64,000 bases of DNA from Akkermansia sp. (GCA_017558555.1 JAFYUJ010000057.1:45136-109135), one strand, 5' to 3'. Counted from the first letter of the stretch, positions 1 through 10,243 are shown. Notes: generated by a model from the letters alone, not told the origin. Numbers and translations: made by a program.

Positions 1-312
1 TGCGTCTCTGAGCCAGAGCACCCCCTGCCGATCTGTGCGAAAATGCAGTTCTTCGCCATGTGCTTTGATGCTTTGACCATGAAAGGGTTCGGAATCAAGC
101 GCCGCATTCACCTGCCGCCAGGCCCAGGCATGGTCGCTTCCGGCCCATTGCTCGAACTCTTTTGGGTGACAGGCTGCGCATTGGAGCGAAATGGGGACTT
201 CCTGCTGGTTCCAATGTTTGCTTTTCCCGGTGTACGGCGCAGCTTGCTCCTGCTTTTCGCAAGAACAAAGCCCCAGCACCATACTCAACAGGATGATTTC
301 GCCCCTCCGCAT
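1..312 (-). CDS. Lipoprotein c-type cytochrome (CxxCH), probably multiheme; runs off the window edge
   Basis: Not in the ORF track. Manual translation from ATG 312: MRRGEIILLSMVLGLCSCEKQ... (lipobox LCSC), then QCAACHPKEFEQWAGSDH (CxxCH followed by W..S.H as in cytochrome c554-like domains); open to position 1. Confidence 0.75.
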   Translation of the reverse strand, partial: MRRGEIILLSMVLGLCSCEKQEQAAPYTGKSKHWNQQEVPISLQCAACHPKEFEQWAGSDHAWAWRQVNAALDSEPFHGQSIKAHGEELHFRTDRQGVLWLRDA

Positions 313-365
313 GACTCCGCCATTTTATCATGTTTTGTCTGCTAAAAAAAGGTCTAATTGTGCCC

Positions 366-893
366 TCATTCATCTCGATATTGCATGGGACCTGCGGCAA
401 AACGCCGTTCAAAGAGCTCCCAGGTGGACGCTGACAGAGCCGCCCCCGATGTGGAGTAGCCGAGCAAGAGCAGGGGGATATCCGGGTATCCCTGTTGGTA
501 TGCCAGTTGAATATGGGGGTAGGGTAGTTCTTTGAATCCGCAGGATTGGTAGAAAGCCAACCTGCGTGCTTGCCGTTCGTGGCACACGGGCTCAATCTCC
601 AGGATGATATCGGCTCCTTTTGCTTTCAGTGCGGTAAGCGCTGAATGCCCATAGCCTTTTCCTCGCTCTGTTTCAACGATGGCCAAGTGCTCCAGGTAAA
701 GCATAGCTTCCCATTCCCACCAAGTCATCAGGCCCACAAATCGATTCTGATGATACAGCCCGGCAGTATGAAATGCGGCATCGTTCTGTGCGCGTTCGTG
801 GGAGAGCCAGCTTCTGCGTTCTTCCGGTGGAAATGCTGCGCAATACAGCTGCCACCAGTCAGCAGAGGGGGGATTGTCGTGCCTTATTTCCAT
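366..893 (-). CDS. GNAT family N-acetyltransferase
   Basis: Acetyl-CoA motif A (LEHLAIVETERGKGYG) and AFYQSCGF motif B. Confidence 0.85.
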   Translation of the reverse strand: MEIRHDNPPSADWWQLYCAAFPPEERRSWLSHERAQNDAAFHTAGLYHQNRFVGLMTWWEWEAMLYLEHLAIVETERGKGYGHSALTALKAKGADIILEIEPVCHERQARRLAFYQSCGFKELPYPHIQLAYQQGYPDIPLLLLGYSTSGAALSASTWELFERRFAAGPMQYRDE

Positions 894-1121
894 AACAAGG
901 GGAAAGTCTCATGTATAACGCGATTGTATCAAACGCATGGGTGGTGTCAAGATTGAGCCTGCTTGCAATCGGGCACTTGTCAGATTTCTTACACGAAGTC
1001 AGATTCCATCCTGCCTTGATGGTTGTGCGGGGATTTGTGTCTGAAGTTGCATTATTGGTTTTGCAATCAGGCTTTGCTTGTGCTACAATCACGCCACCGC
1101 GATATAGACGGATTGCTGAGT

Positions 1122-2486
1122 ATGAAACGTACATTGGTAAAACACGCGTTGGCTGCCGAAGAGGCTGTGGAGTCCATCATGGTAGAAGGTTGGGTGCGCA
1201 CCCGCCGCGATTCGAAAGTTTTTTCTTTCCTGGAAGTGAATGATGGCACGTGCCTGGCTTCCATTCAGGTGATTGTGGATGCCGGTATTCCCGGATATGA
1301 GGATATTGCCCGCATGTCCACCGGTTCCTCTGTGCAGGTGCAGGGGCGTTTGGTGGAGAGTCCCGGCAAGCAGAAATGGGAGATTCAGGCTACGGCTGTT
1401 GCGTTGGTGGGCGAAGCTCCTGAGAGCTACCCCTTGCAGAAGAAGGGCCATTCCCCCGAGTTCCTGCGCACGATTGCGCATTTGCGTCCCCGCACCAATC
1501 TGTTTGGTGCTATTTTCCGCACGCGCTCCCGCATTGCTGCAGCGGTGCATCAGTTCTTCCTGCAGCGTGATTTTGTGTGGGTACATACACCCATTATCAC
1601 GGCTTCTGACTGTGAAGGCGCAGGCGAGATGTTCCATGTGACAACGCTTGACCCGCTGGCAGAAAACAAGAGCTATGATAAGGACTTCTTCGGCAAGGCC
1701 GCCAGCCTGACGGTGTCCGGCCAGCTTGAGGGCGAAACATTTGCCTGCGCGCTGAGCAATATCTATACCTTTGGGCCCACCTTCCGTGCGGAAAACAGCA
1801 ACACCTCCCGTCACGCTGCGGAGTTCTGGATGATTGAACCTGAAATTGCATTCTGTGATATCTATGGTGACATGGACGTGGCAGAGGCTTTCATCAAGCA
1901 CATTGCTGATACCATGCTGGCAGATACCAGTGGGGATTTCGAGTTCTTCTGCAAGTTTGTGGATAAGAACCTGCGCGCGCGACTGGAAGAGGTGAGCACC
2001 AAACCTTTCGTGCGTTGCTCTTACACGGAGGCGATTGACATCATGCTCCAGAGCGGTGAAAAGTTCGAATATCCTCCCTACTGGGGTATGGATATGCAGA
2101 GCGAGCATGAACGCTTCCTGACGGAAAAGCACTTCAAGTGCCCGGTGATTGTGTACAACTATCCGAAGGAAATCAAGCCTTTCTACATGCGCCTCAATGA
2201 TGATGGCAAGACGGTGACGGCTATGGATGTACTGGTGCCCGGCATTGGTGAAATCATCGGTGGTAGTCAGCGCGAAGAACGCCTGGATGTGCTGGAAGGC
2301 AACATTGAGCGCCTGGGCATGGATAAGGAAGCTTACTACTGGTACAATGATTTGCGCCGCTATGGCACGGTGCCGCACGCGGGGTTTGGTGTGGGCTTTG
2401 AGCGCCTTATCATGTTTGTGACGGGTGTGCAGAACATCCGCGACGTGCTGCCCTATCCCCGTACGCCCCGCAACTGCGAGTTCTGA
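1122..2486 (+). CDS. asnS: Asparagine--tRNA ligase
   Basis: OB fold GWVRTRR, LTVSGQL, motif 2 [21 protein letters not shown], motif 3 [12 protein letters not shown]. Start moved to ATG 1122, downstream of promoter TTGCAA-17-TACAAT (1061-1089). Confidence 0.97.
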   Translation: MKRTLVKHALAAEEAVESIMVEGWVRTRRDSKVFSFLEVNDGTCLASIQVIVDAGIPGYEDIARMSTGSSVQVQGRLVESPGKQKWEIQATAVALVGEAPESYPLQKKGHSPEFLRTIAHLRPRTNLFGAIFRTRSRIAAAVHQFFLQRDFVWVHTPIITASDCEGAGEMFHVTTLDPLAENKSYDKDFFGKAASLTVSGQLEGETFACALSNIYTFGPTFRAENSNTSRHAAEFWMIEPEIAFCDIYGDMDVAEAFIKHIADTMLADTSGDFEFFCKFVDKNLRARLEEVSTKPFVRCSYTEAIDIMLQSGEKFEYPPYWGMDMQSEHERFLTEKHFKCPVIVYNYPKEIKPFYMRLNDDGKTVTAMDVLVPGIGEIIGGSQREERLDVLEGNIERLGMDKEAYYWYNDLRRYGTVPHAGFGVGFERLIMFVTGVQNIRDVLPYPRTPRNCEF

Positions 2487-2490
2487 TGCG

Positions 2491-3078
2491 CTACGCCTCG
2501 GTGCGCATGGCGATGGCCCCGCAAAAGCCTTCTGCCGGCGTGAAAAGGTGGATTTTTACAGATGGGAGAGTCTCAGCAGTAGAGACTCTCCCATTCTTGT
2601 AGGTGAAGGGGTAGCGAAGCGCATCCCAGATGGTGGCAGCATGCAACTTGACCAATGCTTCTGCAATACTCCAGCAGGTAAAGAAATCTTCTGCGCGGGA
2701 GCCTTGCTCACGAAAAATCTCCAGTTGTTGCTCACTCATGATGCGGTGCGCCAGCGATTCCATGCGGCGTACGGGGCGAATCTGCTGGATATCCACCCCG
2801 ATGTCTGCATGGTGAAAGGCCATGCAAAGCAAGTTTCCCGAGTGGCTGATGTTGAAGTGTTGCTGTTCAAAGGAGGGCTTGCCGTGTTCGTTGTAGCTGA
2901 AGCGAATCTCCTCCGGTGCCACCCCGCATCGGCGAGCCAGTTCTTTTTTCAGCAGCGCTCGCGTGATGAGGTAGCGTTCACCTCGGCGGGCGTACTGTTC
3001 GCGCTCGTCTGCATCCAGCAAGCATTCATCTCCTCGGGCTGCTTTCTTGCCGCTCAGGTTGTACAGCAGGTAATCCAT
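2491..3078 (-). CDS. 4'-phosphopantetheinyl transferase (Sfp type)
   Basis: HGKP, FNISHSG, IGVDIQ and WSIAEALVK (WxxKEAxxK-like) motifs. Confidence 0.88.
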   Translation of the reverse strand: MDYLLYNLSGKKAARGDECLLDADEREQYARRGERYLITRALLKKELARRCGVAPEEIRFSYNEHGKPSFEQQHFNISHSGNLLCMAFHHADIGVDIQQIRPVRRMESLAHRIMSEQQLEIFREQGSRAEDFFTCWSIAEALVKLHAATIWDALRYPFTYKNGRVSTAETLPSVKIHLFTPAEGFCGAIAMRTEA

Positions 3079-3081
3079 GGT

Positions 3082-3579
3082 TCAGAGCTTGTGAAAAGTG
3101 ACGGTGTTGCTGGTCGGGCAGTAGACGGCAAAGCCCGGGGCTTCTCTGCGTCCACAGATTTCCCCCGGATTGACCATGAGTGTTTTATCTGTTGCAATGA
3201 AAGCGGCAGATGCGTGGGTATGCCCATAGAACACGGCATCATATAATCCGGTGTTGAGACCCTTGCTGATGGCATCATGCGGCGTGTGGGTGAAGAACAG
3301 CCGCCGCTCCTGCAGCCGGATATCTCCATCATATCCGTGAAAGCGAATGTTGCTGCGCGTTTTAGCTAATGCTTCAAAGGCTTCCCACTCGTATTCATTG
3401 TTGCCGAGCACAAAATCCAGCGGGTGCGGCCACTCACCAAGCATGAGGCTCAGCGTGGCCGGATGTACAAAATCGCCCAGGTAAATAAGATGCTGACAAT
3501 TCAGCGCCTTTGCTTTATCGAGCGCAGCCCGGAGATGGTTGTGCTTATCATGCACGTCTGATAAAAGAGCGACCAGCAT
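3082..3579 (-). CDS. Calcineurin-like metallophosphoesterase (YfcE/MJ0936 type)
   Basis: SDVH, LGD, GNNE, TH, YGHTH and NPGE motifs. Confidence 0.9.
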   Translation of the reverse strand: MLVALLSDVHDKHNHLRAALDKAKALNCQHLIYLGDFVHPATLSLMLGEWPHPLDFVLGNNEYEWEAFEALAKTRSNIRFHGYDGDIRLQERRLFFTHTPHDAISKGLNTGLYDAVFYGHTHASAAFIATDKTLMVNPGEICGRREAPGFAVYCPTSNTVTFHKL

Positions 3580-3584
3580 AGATT

Positions 3585-5627
3585 TTATTCGTGGCTCGTA
3601 TCAATGAACAGGGGAGAGTAGCGGCAGGGGGCATCGGGCAACTGCCCTGGTGCAGCGGCTTGTATGCCGTTTTTGCCCAGGTACCAGATGACCATCTGGG
3701 GGTGTAATGGACGACGCAAAAGAGTGGCCCCGGAGGCATCTACGTGCCCTACATAATGTGGTGACGCTTGAAAATATGAGGGCGCGTTACCCTCTATTTC
3801 AATGTTGTAATTGTTGTTTTTGTGTTCTTTGAACCAAGTGCCGAAGTCTTGTTCTGCGGCTTCTGACTGGCTGGAGTGATGAAGCCACGCTCCACCGTAC
3901 ATGACGTTGGCATGTTTTTTTCGCAAGGTGATGAAGCCTGCTGCATCTCTTGCCAGTTTTGGCGAGAGTTGTTTTATTAATTGAGGTTTGTACAGCGGAT
4001 GTTGCAACAACATGGCGAGGATTTTGTCATAGACAAAGGCTTTAGCCAGCTGAGGACATTCCTTGCTGTTGTATTGTGCAATCTTTTCCAGCAGTTGTGG
4101 CAGTTGCGCGTGTGTAAAAAACTGTTCGCGATGAATTCCGCATGCGCGCAACAATCCGGAACAATCACAGCGTCGTATCTTAACAGCTTGAGGCTGCACT
4201 TGGCAAATAATCTCTTTGGTTGGGTGTTTATCGTACGCTGTGTCAATATCAGAAAGATTGATGCGCAATTGCTCGGCATCTTGTGTCCATTGCGGATGCT
4301 CTTCACTGATATAGGTATGACCATTGGAAAGCTGGACGCAGTAAAACTTTTTGTGAAGGGAGGGGGAGGTGAAAAGCGCATCAGCCAAAGCATATTGCTC
4401 TTGAGATGCAGGAAATTCCGCACAAAAGGATGGCGCGTCATCCATTAAAATATTTTTTGCCTGGTGCAACTTGCTGTGTGGAATATATTGGTTGATGGGA
4501 CTCATCCGGTGTTTCCATTCGTTGATAGCCGGTAAGTGATGCAGGAATGAGAATGCCTGCTGTGCCGGGGCGTATTTACCGGCAGTGAGGAAACGCCGCC
4601 ATTTCAGGAGTTCACTGTAGGTAATGACATCTGCCACTTTCTTGTGGAATGATAACAAGTCTTTCGCTTCCGCGTGAAATTGCGTCAATTCTTCATGATA
4701 AAGCCGACCTTTCTGCACCAGGCTGCGGGGAATGTCATAGGCGTTGCTTGTTTCCAGATAATCTGCCCACAGAATGATTTTTTCTTCCAGAATGCGGCAA
4801 TCTTCTTCTGCATCCAGGGTGAGTAGTGTTTCGATGTCAGGGGGTGAAAGCAACTGATTCATCACATACTCACGATTTTTTTGGAATAAATTGCGATTGC
4901 TTGCGTGCAAGGCGTTCCATCGTGTTGATAAATCATTAATTTTGGCAGGCAGTGAGCGAAGCGCACGTTCCATTTCTGCAATGGCGTGAATGCTTAGCGT
5001 TCCTATGGGAATGCTGCCGGCTTCCAAGCCCTCAATGGTGTTTTGAAGTTGCTTGTATACTTCTTTTTGCCGTTGAATCCACGTTTCGGCGTATCCTATG
5101 GTATAGGGAAGGGACGAATTGAGAAACTGATATACTGATACCTCAGAGAGTGCGAGTTGCTTGTGTACAGTTTCCCAATCGCCTTCACTGAGAGCCGTTC
5201 TTAATTGATATTCAATGCGCTCGCTTTTGCGCTTCAGGTGCAATACAGAGGCGGTACAAATACCCAATCCGGCCATGACGACAAGTAGCAACCATGCAAT
5301 TTTGCGCTTTCTTTGTGTCCAGAAGCTGCGTTTCACGCTGCTTTCTGCCCCACTGGCTTCGTTTTTATTGCTGCGAAGCTCCTGCCACTTGTCTCGCATG
5401 CTTTTAGTGGCGGACGCAGTTACCCCTTGTTCAGGTTCGGGAGTGTCAGCCGGAACCTTCTGCTCTTGGGGGATGGTCGGTTCGGGGAGACTGCCCTCTT
5501 TGTTTTGTGGCGGCTCCGGGGGTGGGGAAACCGTTTTGTGTCGTCGTTTCCAGGATTCCCATATTTTGCGCAGAGAAAACTTTTGCTTGGGTGCTTTAAG
5601 TTTTCGAACTTTGCGAATTTTTCTCAT
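3585..5627 (-). CDS. Single-pass membrane protein of unknown function, third gene of the GTPase operon
   Basis: Basic, Pro-rich N-terminus, one TM (IAWLLLVVMAGLGICTASVL), then a large helical domain. ATG 5627 overlaps the upstream TGA (ATGA). Confidence 0.7.
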   Translation of the reverse strand: MRKIRKVRKLKAPKQKFSLRKIWESWKRRHKTVSPPPEPPQNKEGSLPEPTIPQEQKVPADTPEPEQGVTASATKSMRDKWQELRSNKNEASGAESSVKRSFWTQRKRKIAWLLLVVMAGLGICTASVLHLKRKSERIEYQLRTALSEGDWETVHKQLALSEVSVYQFLNSSLPYTIGYAETWIQRQKEVYKQLQNTIEGLEAGSIPIGTLSIHAIAEMERALRSLPAKINDLSTRWNALHASNRNLFQKNREYVMNQLLSPPDIETLLTLDAEEDCRILEEKIILWADYLETSNAYDIPRSLVQKGRLYHEELTQFHAEAKDLLSFHKKVADVITYSELLKWRRFLTAGKYAPAQQAFSFLHHLPAINEWKHRMSPINQYIPHSKLHQAKNILMDDAPSFCAEFPASQEQYALADALFTSPSLHKKFYCVQLSNGHTYISEEHPQWTQDAEQLRINLSDIDTAYDKHPTKEIICQVQPQAVKIRRCDCSGLLRACGIHREQFFTHAQLPQLLEKIAQYNSKECPQLAKAFVYDKILAMLLQHPLYKPQLIKQLSPKLARDAAGFITLRKKHANVMYGGAWLHHSSQSEAAEQDFGTWFKEHKNNNYNIEIEGNAPSYFQASPHYVGHVDASGATLLRRPLHPQMVIWYLGKNGIQAAAPGQLPDAPCRYSPLFIDTSHE

Positions 5628-8332
5628 GGCTGTGCCTGGGGACGAAGTTGAAATAGCCACACCAGCTCACCTTGATTGCTGAGTTGCACTTTCTGCAAAC
5701 TGAGCTCCATCTCCGGCACGAAAGCGGATTGTTGCATTTCAATATTCCGACAGTGGGTGTATGTTTGCCGAATCTCCTCTGATAACGCTGCCAGAATGCA
5801 TTTGCGGATGGTTTGTCGGGTCTGCGCATCTGTAAGTAATTGTTGAGCGCCAAACCGCGTAAGGCCTTCATTCAACGAACTCAGCAGCGCTGGTTCTCCT
5901 GCGAATAGCTTTGCCATGATGCCAGCAAACGGAGCGTGTTGATTCAGCTTTTGCAAGGTGTCGGCGGCCTGTAGCAGCTGTTCTTTCTCTTCCGCTGCCA
6001 AGGAAAGTGCATATAATGTGGACAGAGAGTAGAATGAATCTCCGCCCTCCGGTGAGCCTTGGCAGTATGTGTTGGCCTGTGTGTGAAACTGCTCTTTCAG
6101 GATTGCAGAAAAGTCAAACAGGCGCAGCAGATGGCAATCATACACATCAGATGTTGTGTTACTGGCGGGCATTTCGCTGTAGCTCCAAATATACTCGGGG
6201 GCTTGTCCGCCTCCAGTTGTTGCTATTTTATTGCTGCCGGTCAGAATGGGCAGATGCAGCACTGCAGAGCCTTGCTTCAGGGGGACCTCACTCTGCATGT
6301 CGGTCCACGGATAGCCCATGTTGTCCACCACATACATCTCGCCGGATTCTTCATCCAGCATCACGTCCGCTTCTCTTAATGCCAGATTCAGTTGCGCTGC
6401 TTCCGGCGGTGCGCACACGCCTGCGGGGCTCAGCTTCACTTCTCGCCTGGGCAAGAGAATCAGATCCATCGTCCCGCCATCTTCCGTGGGCAAAGGCAAG
6501 CTCATGGCAACCGGGTTGCCCATTTCACTTTGCAGATTTTGCAGTTTGCCGTCTTTTATTTGAAAGGTAGGGGTGGGGATTCCGTTTTCCGGATGCAGGT
6601 TAGAGACGATGCGATAGGTTTGTTCATCCATGCGTTCAATCCGCAAAACGTGTTCGTTTTCCGACAGTTCCCCCGTATGTCTGGTTCGTGTGAACGAATG
6701 GGGATATCGGCGTATGATGCTCCATTGCCCGATGTTCAGCTCAACCGGTGCTTGTTGAAGAATGCGTGCCAGAGGTTCCGGCAGCGGCTCCCCTTCCACA
6801 CACGTGACAGCCGGTAATGTCGGGGGCTCAACTTGCTCTGCCGGAGCAACGGGTGACTGAGACTCTTCTTGTTCTTGGGTGGGAAGAAGAATGCGTGAAG
6901 CGTACGGAGCAAATACTTCGTTGCCCAAAACTTCGCGTAGGCCGGGGGCGGTTTCCAGCAGACTTTGCCAATCCTCCAGCTCAGCCGGACTCAGGTTATG
7001 CTCCCAATCTTGCACGGTGCAATCATGAGTAGCCTCACGCAGGTATAGCTCGCTAAGTTTATCTGCATCAATGTTGAGCGCTGTTGCGCATTCTCGCAGA
7101 CGTCGAATGTTGGTTGCATGCCCCGTTGTATCCTTACCGGCATGCTTGAGAATGTTGATGACTTCTTTTTGATGCTCAATGCCCAATTCGGCTTCGGAGT
7201 CCGGGGCTGCCGTCGTGAGATTTGCGTATATCTTATCCAGCGTTTGTGTAATGCTGTCCGGAGAATAGGGGGCTGCCGTCAGCTTCCGGAGCTGGAAGAT
7301 GCTGTTTTCGGGGCTGATGGATTTGATGACATCATTTGTTGCCTTGATGGCCTCACTGGTCGCTTTGCCGGCATCTTCTGCCTTTTCGCTCACCATAAGA
7401 TGAACGCCGGCTCCCAGCAGGAATAACCCGGAAATATACAGAGACCAACGAAGGAAAGGGTGACTTCGTGGGTAGATGTTGTATGCACATTCATCCGGAC
7501 TCTCTTGGTAGACGTATGGTAAGTGTGTGCTTTTCCCCGTTTCTCCGGTCGTTTGGCTGTTTTTGCTCAAGACTTCGCTTTCTGGACGCTCTTGCTGGTC
7601 ACCAAGTATGAATGGTGTACATAAATCCAGCACGGCGGCTTCCTGGCTCCAGACAGAACACTCGGGGGTGTCTGCCATGGATTTTGGCATAAAAATGCGT
7701 GATGTCTCAGCAAAAGAATCCCCCATGTAGGCCAAGGTTGTAAAGGTGCGACCCCATCCACGCTGGGAGGATAGCCAATCACTTTCATGCAGAAGTTTTA
7801 AGATGCTGCGGCTCTTCATGTCGTCCGGCATCTGTATGAGACATTCCTTGTTGTAGGGCGGTGTCAGGAATGCCAAAGCATTGTTCTTGTGTCCAGTCAG
7901 TTCTTTCCATGTAGGTTGGAAATCTGCCTCGGGCAGGGCAGACGCCGCCAGTTTGGGTTCTTCGCAATGGAGAGACGGTTGAGCTGTATCCGGCGCCCAG
8001 AAGTGGTTGGTCTCCAGTGCCAGCATGATACCCGCCGGCGTGGGTCGGTTGGCATTTCGTCGCAGTTTTGTAATTTCGGCAGGTGTAAGAATGAGGTTGT
8101 GGATGCCGCTGCCTGCAGCACAGCTCAGTACATGGAATTCACCCGTTTCTACGGTGATGACTCTGTAGGTGTATTTGAGTGGGGTATCTTCTCTCCCTGT
8201 CTGGATGCGGCAGCTATGCAAAACGATATCCTCCAGCCAGGCGGGCATATCCTGGCTTTTGACCAGTACGCCGCTTTGCTCCCAATGTTTTTTTTGGCTG
8301 AGCCGTTGATTGTAGATGAGCTGATAGGACAT
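5624..8332 (-). CDS. GAP1-N2-like (GTPase-associated protein 1) domain protein with a central TM helix
   Basis: N-terminus MSYQLIY...MP..L...YTYRVITV..FHVLS...HNLIL.P.E...TPA...WKELTG resembles GAP1-N2 proteins of PVC bacteria; TM WSLYISGLFLLGAGVHLMV; lies directly after the GTPase. Confidence 0.6.
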   Translation of the reverse strand: MSYQLIYNQRLSQKKHWEQSGVLVKSQDMPAWLEDIVLHSCRIQTGREDTPLKYTYRVITVETGEFHVLSCAAGSGIHNLILTPAEITKLRRNANRPTPAGIMLALETNHFWAPDTAQPSLHCEEPKLAASALPEADFQPTWKELTGHKNNALAFLTPPYNKECLIQMPDDMKSRSILKLLHESDWLSSQRGWGRTFTTLAYMGDSFAETSRIFMPKSMADTPECSVWSQEAAVLDLCTPFILGDQQERPESEVLSKNSQTTGETGKSTHLPYVYQESPDECAYNIYPRSHPFLRWSLYISGLFLLGAGVHLMVSEKAEDAGKATSEAIKATNDVIKSISPENSIFQLRKLTAAPYSPDSITQTLDKIYANLTTAAPDSEAELGIEHQKEVINILKHAGKDTTGHATNIRRLRECATALNIDADKLSELYLREATHDCTVQDWEHNLSPAELEDWQSLLETAPGLREVLGNEVFAPYASRILLPTQEQEESQSPVAPAEQVEPPTLPAVTCVEGEPLPEPLARILQQAPVELNIGQWSIIRRYPHSFTRTRHTGELSENEHVLRIERMDEQTYRIVSNLHPENGIPTPTFQIKDGKLQNLQSEMGNPVAMSLPLPTEDGGTMDLILLPRREVKLSPAGVCAPPEAAQLNLALREADVMLDEESGEMYVVDNMGYPWTDMQSEVPLKQGSAVLHLPILTGSNKIATTGGGQAPEYIWSYSEMPASNTTSDVYDCHLLRLFDFSAILKEQFHTQANTYCQGSPEGGDSFYSLSTLYALSLAAEEKEQLLQAADTLQKLNQHAPFAGIMAKLFAGEPALLSSLNEGLTRFGAQQLLTDAQTRQTIRKCILAALSEEIRQTYTHCRNIEMQQSAFVPEMELSLQKVQLSNQGELVWLFQLRPQAQP

Positions 8333-8345
8333 GGCCGGGGGTGTA

Positions 8346-10157
8346 TCAGGTGGCAGAGAAGGTGGCTTTCTCGCACTGGCTGAGAATCCACAACAGGGGG
8401 GAGGTTACCCCTTGTGGCTGCATTTCTTGAGGTTGCGGGGCGAGGAGAAGTTCTCCCGTCTCAGAATCGCGGAATTTGACGGGTGGTGCTCCCAGTGCAG
8501 AGGCTGCAAAATAGCACATGTTTTTGCTGATGGACTCAGCTATGGTGCAAATCGAGGGGTTGATATTGAAGAGGAATTGTCGGATGCGGCGCGAGTTGGC
8601 TGCAACGTGTTCCGTAATGAGTTTGCCATTGTGTACCATAGGCAGCAGAGGCTCGGGGCCCATCAGGTGTTGCCACAAATCACTCTTGCCGATGATGAAT
8701 GCAAAGGGGAGATTGAGTTTCTGCCCGTGTGGTGCGTTCATGCGTAGCCGCAGTTGAAGCTCTGTTTCTGTGAGCAGGGTTGTTTGCGGTGTATGCTGGT
8801 GGCTCGCCTGTACTTCATTGCTCATTTCAAGCAGGCGCCTGAAGGCGTTGTCCTCGCAAGGATCATACAGGAACATGCAGCCGGATGGGGATTGTAAGTG
8901 TGCCCACTTTCTGTGCAGTTCCTCGCCCTTTTCCGGCATGAACGTCTCGCCGGCACTGTCATACAGCACAAGTGCGTGTGTTTCGTTTTGCTTGCTCAGG
9001 TTGAAAACGAAGGGGCGAGGCGAGTCTCGGAAAGCGCCGTCATCCCACACTTGCTGGTAGAATTTGCCGTTCGTGCGGGTGTGCCCGACGTACGCTTGTT
9101 GCGGTGTCTTTGCCGAGAAAACCTGATTTTTCAGGTGGGTCAGAACGGCGTTGCCTGTGGGATCCGCATCTCGGAAGGCCGCGTTGAATAAGCGCGGCAC
9201 GTCCAACTCCATCTGCTGAATGAGGCTGAGCAGGTAGTATGTTTTGCCCGACCCGGCCGAGCCGATAAGTGGCACGATGTGCTGAATCGTCTGCTTGAAA
9301 AAAGCCGGTAAATGCATGTGGCAGGCGGGACATGCGCACTCCGGGCAGGATGAGCCGCCTTCATCGACAGGTACGCCGCGATTATCCAGTTTTGATGGGT
9401 GGAAACGGCGCATGGCGGTGTTTCCCAGGATGCTGTCTCCTCGTAATTCATGGTGAGCCGCGATGGCGAGGATGTCTCTCTCAGTAAAACGGTGTTGGCA
9501 GTGCGGGCATACAAACTCTGTGCTGTTGCCGGCCACCAAAGGGGGGAAGGAGACTGTAGCCGTGAATTGACGGCGAGGTGCTGCTTGCGGTTTTGAGACA
9601 GCTTTGACGGGGACGGCCGGTGCAGAGGGGGGCTGCGCTTTCACCGGGGCGTGTTGAGCCACCTGTTGGATATCATGCAGGTAAAACGCCTGTCCATCCA
9701 GTCCGGGGAACGTAGCGAGCATTTTCTTGTCTGGCGTATCTGCGATATCTGCCAGAGCTTGCAAAATGTAGGGCCCGCCCCATTTTGCTTCAGATTTATT
9801 GTAAGTATACCAGTAGGTGGGGTCAAATGGAGAGAAATCCGGGCGCTGTTCTTCCTTGCCAAACCAAATCAGGAAGCAGCCATTGCCCAATACCATCAGA
9901 TTCAGGATATTGATGCTGATATCACAATCAGTGGAACACTGTTGCCCGTTTAATGAAAATTCCTTGATTTGCCCATTGGGATAGAAACGGCAAGTGTCTC
10001 CGCGGATGGCAAAAGCGCCGCCTCGGGCTTCCGTCATGTGTACCCGGAAGGTGTTTTGTTCTGCGGCACCAATAGTCATGAAATCGCAGTCAGAGACCCT
10101 CAGTTTGCCCAGACAGCAATCGTATACAAAAAGTTTGTTGGTGGCGGCAGATTCCAT
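8346..10157 (-). CDS. TRAFAC-class GTPase (double-GTPase/DO-GTPase2-like) with Zn-ribbon and N-terminal FHA-like and GYF-like modules
   Basis: CPHC...CPECACPACH Zn-ribbon; G1 GSAGSGKT, G3 YDSAGE, G4 GKSD, G5 ASALG. Start 10157 is supported by promoter TTCACA-17-TATCAT 7 nt upstream. Confidence 0.75.
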   Translation of the reverse strand: MESAATNKLFVYDCCLGKLRVSDCDFMTIGAAEQNTFRVHMTEARGGAFAIRGDTCRFYPNGQIKEFSLNGQQCSTDCDISINILNLMVLGNGCFLIWFGKEEQRPDFSPFDPTYWYTYNKSEAKWGGPYILQALADIADTPDKKMLATFPGLDGQAFYLHDIQQVAQHAPVKAQPPSAPAVPVKAVSKPQAAPRRQFTATVSFPPLVAGNSTEFVCPHCQHRFTERDILAIAAHHELRGDSILGNTAMRRFHPSKLDNRGVPVDEGGSSCPECACPACHMHLPAFFKQTIQHIVPLIGSAGSGKTYYLLSLIQQMELDVPRLFNAAFRDADPTGNAVLTHLKNQVFSAKTPQQAYVGHTRTNGKFYQQVWDDGAFRDSPRPFVFNLSKQNETHALVLYDSAGETFMPEKGEELHRKWAHLQSPSGCMFLYDPCEDNAFRRLLEMSNEVQASHQHTPQTTLLTETELQLRLRMNAPHGQKLNLPFAFIIGKSDLWQHLMGPEPLLPMVHNGKLITEHVAANSRRIRQFLFNINPSICTIAESISKNMCYFAASALGAPPVKFRDSETGELLLAPQPQEMQPQGVTSPLLWILSQCEKATFSAT

Positions 10158-10243
10158 TGCGCCGATGATAGCATAAATAAAAGCCCTTGTGAAGTACAAA
10201 GTCTTGCTTGAATGAACGGGCGGATTATGATAGAATCCGCGCC

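Noticed and set aside
43-595. ORFs 43-345, 95-595 and 191-535
   Set aside because: They overlap the better-supported cytochrome (minus, from 312) and GNAT genes and have no motifs.
894-1121. T-box or riboswitch upstream of asnS
   Set aside because: No T-box consensus or terminator/antiterminator seen; a promoter lies only ~30 nt before the ATG.
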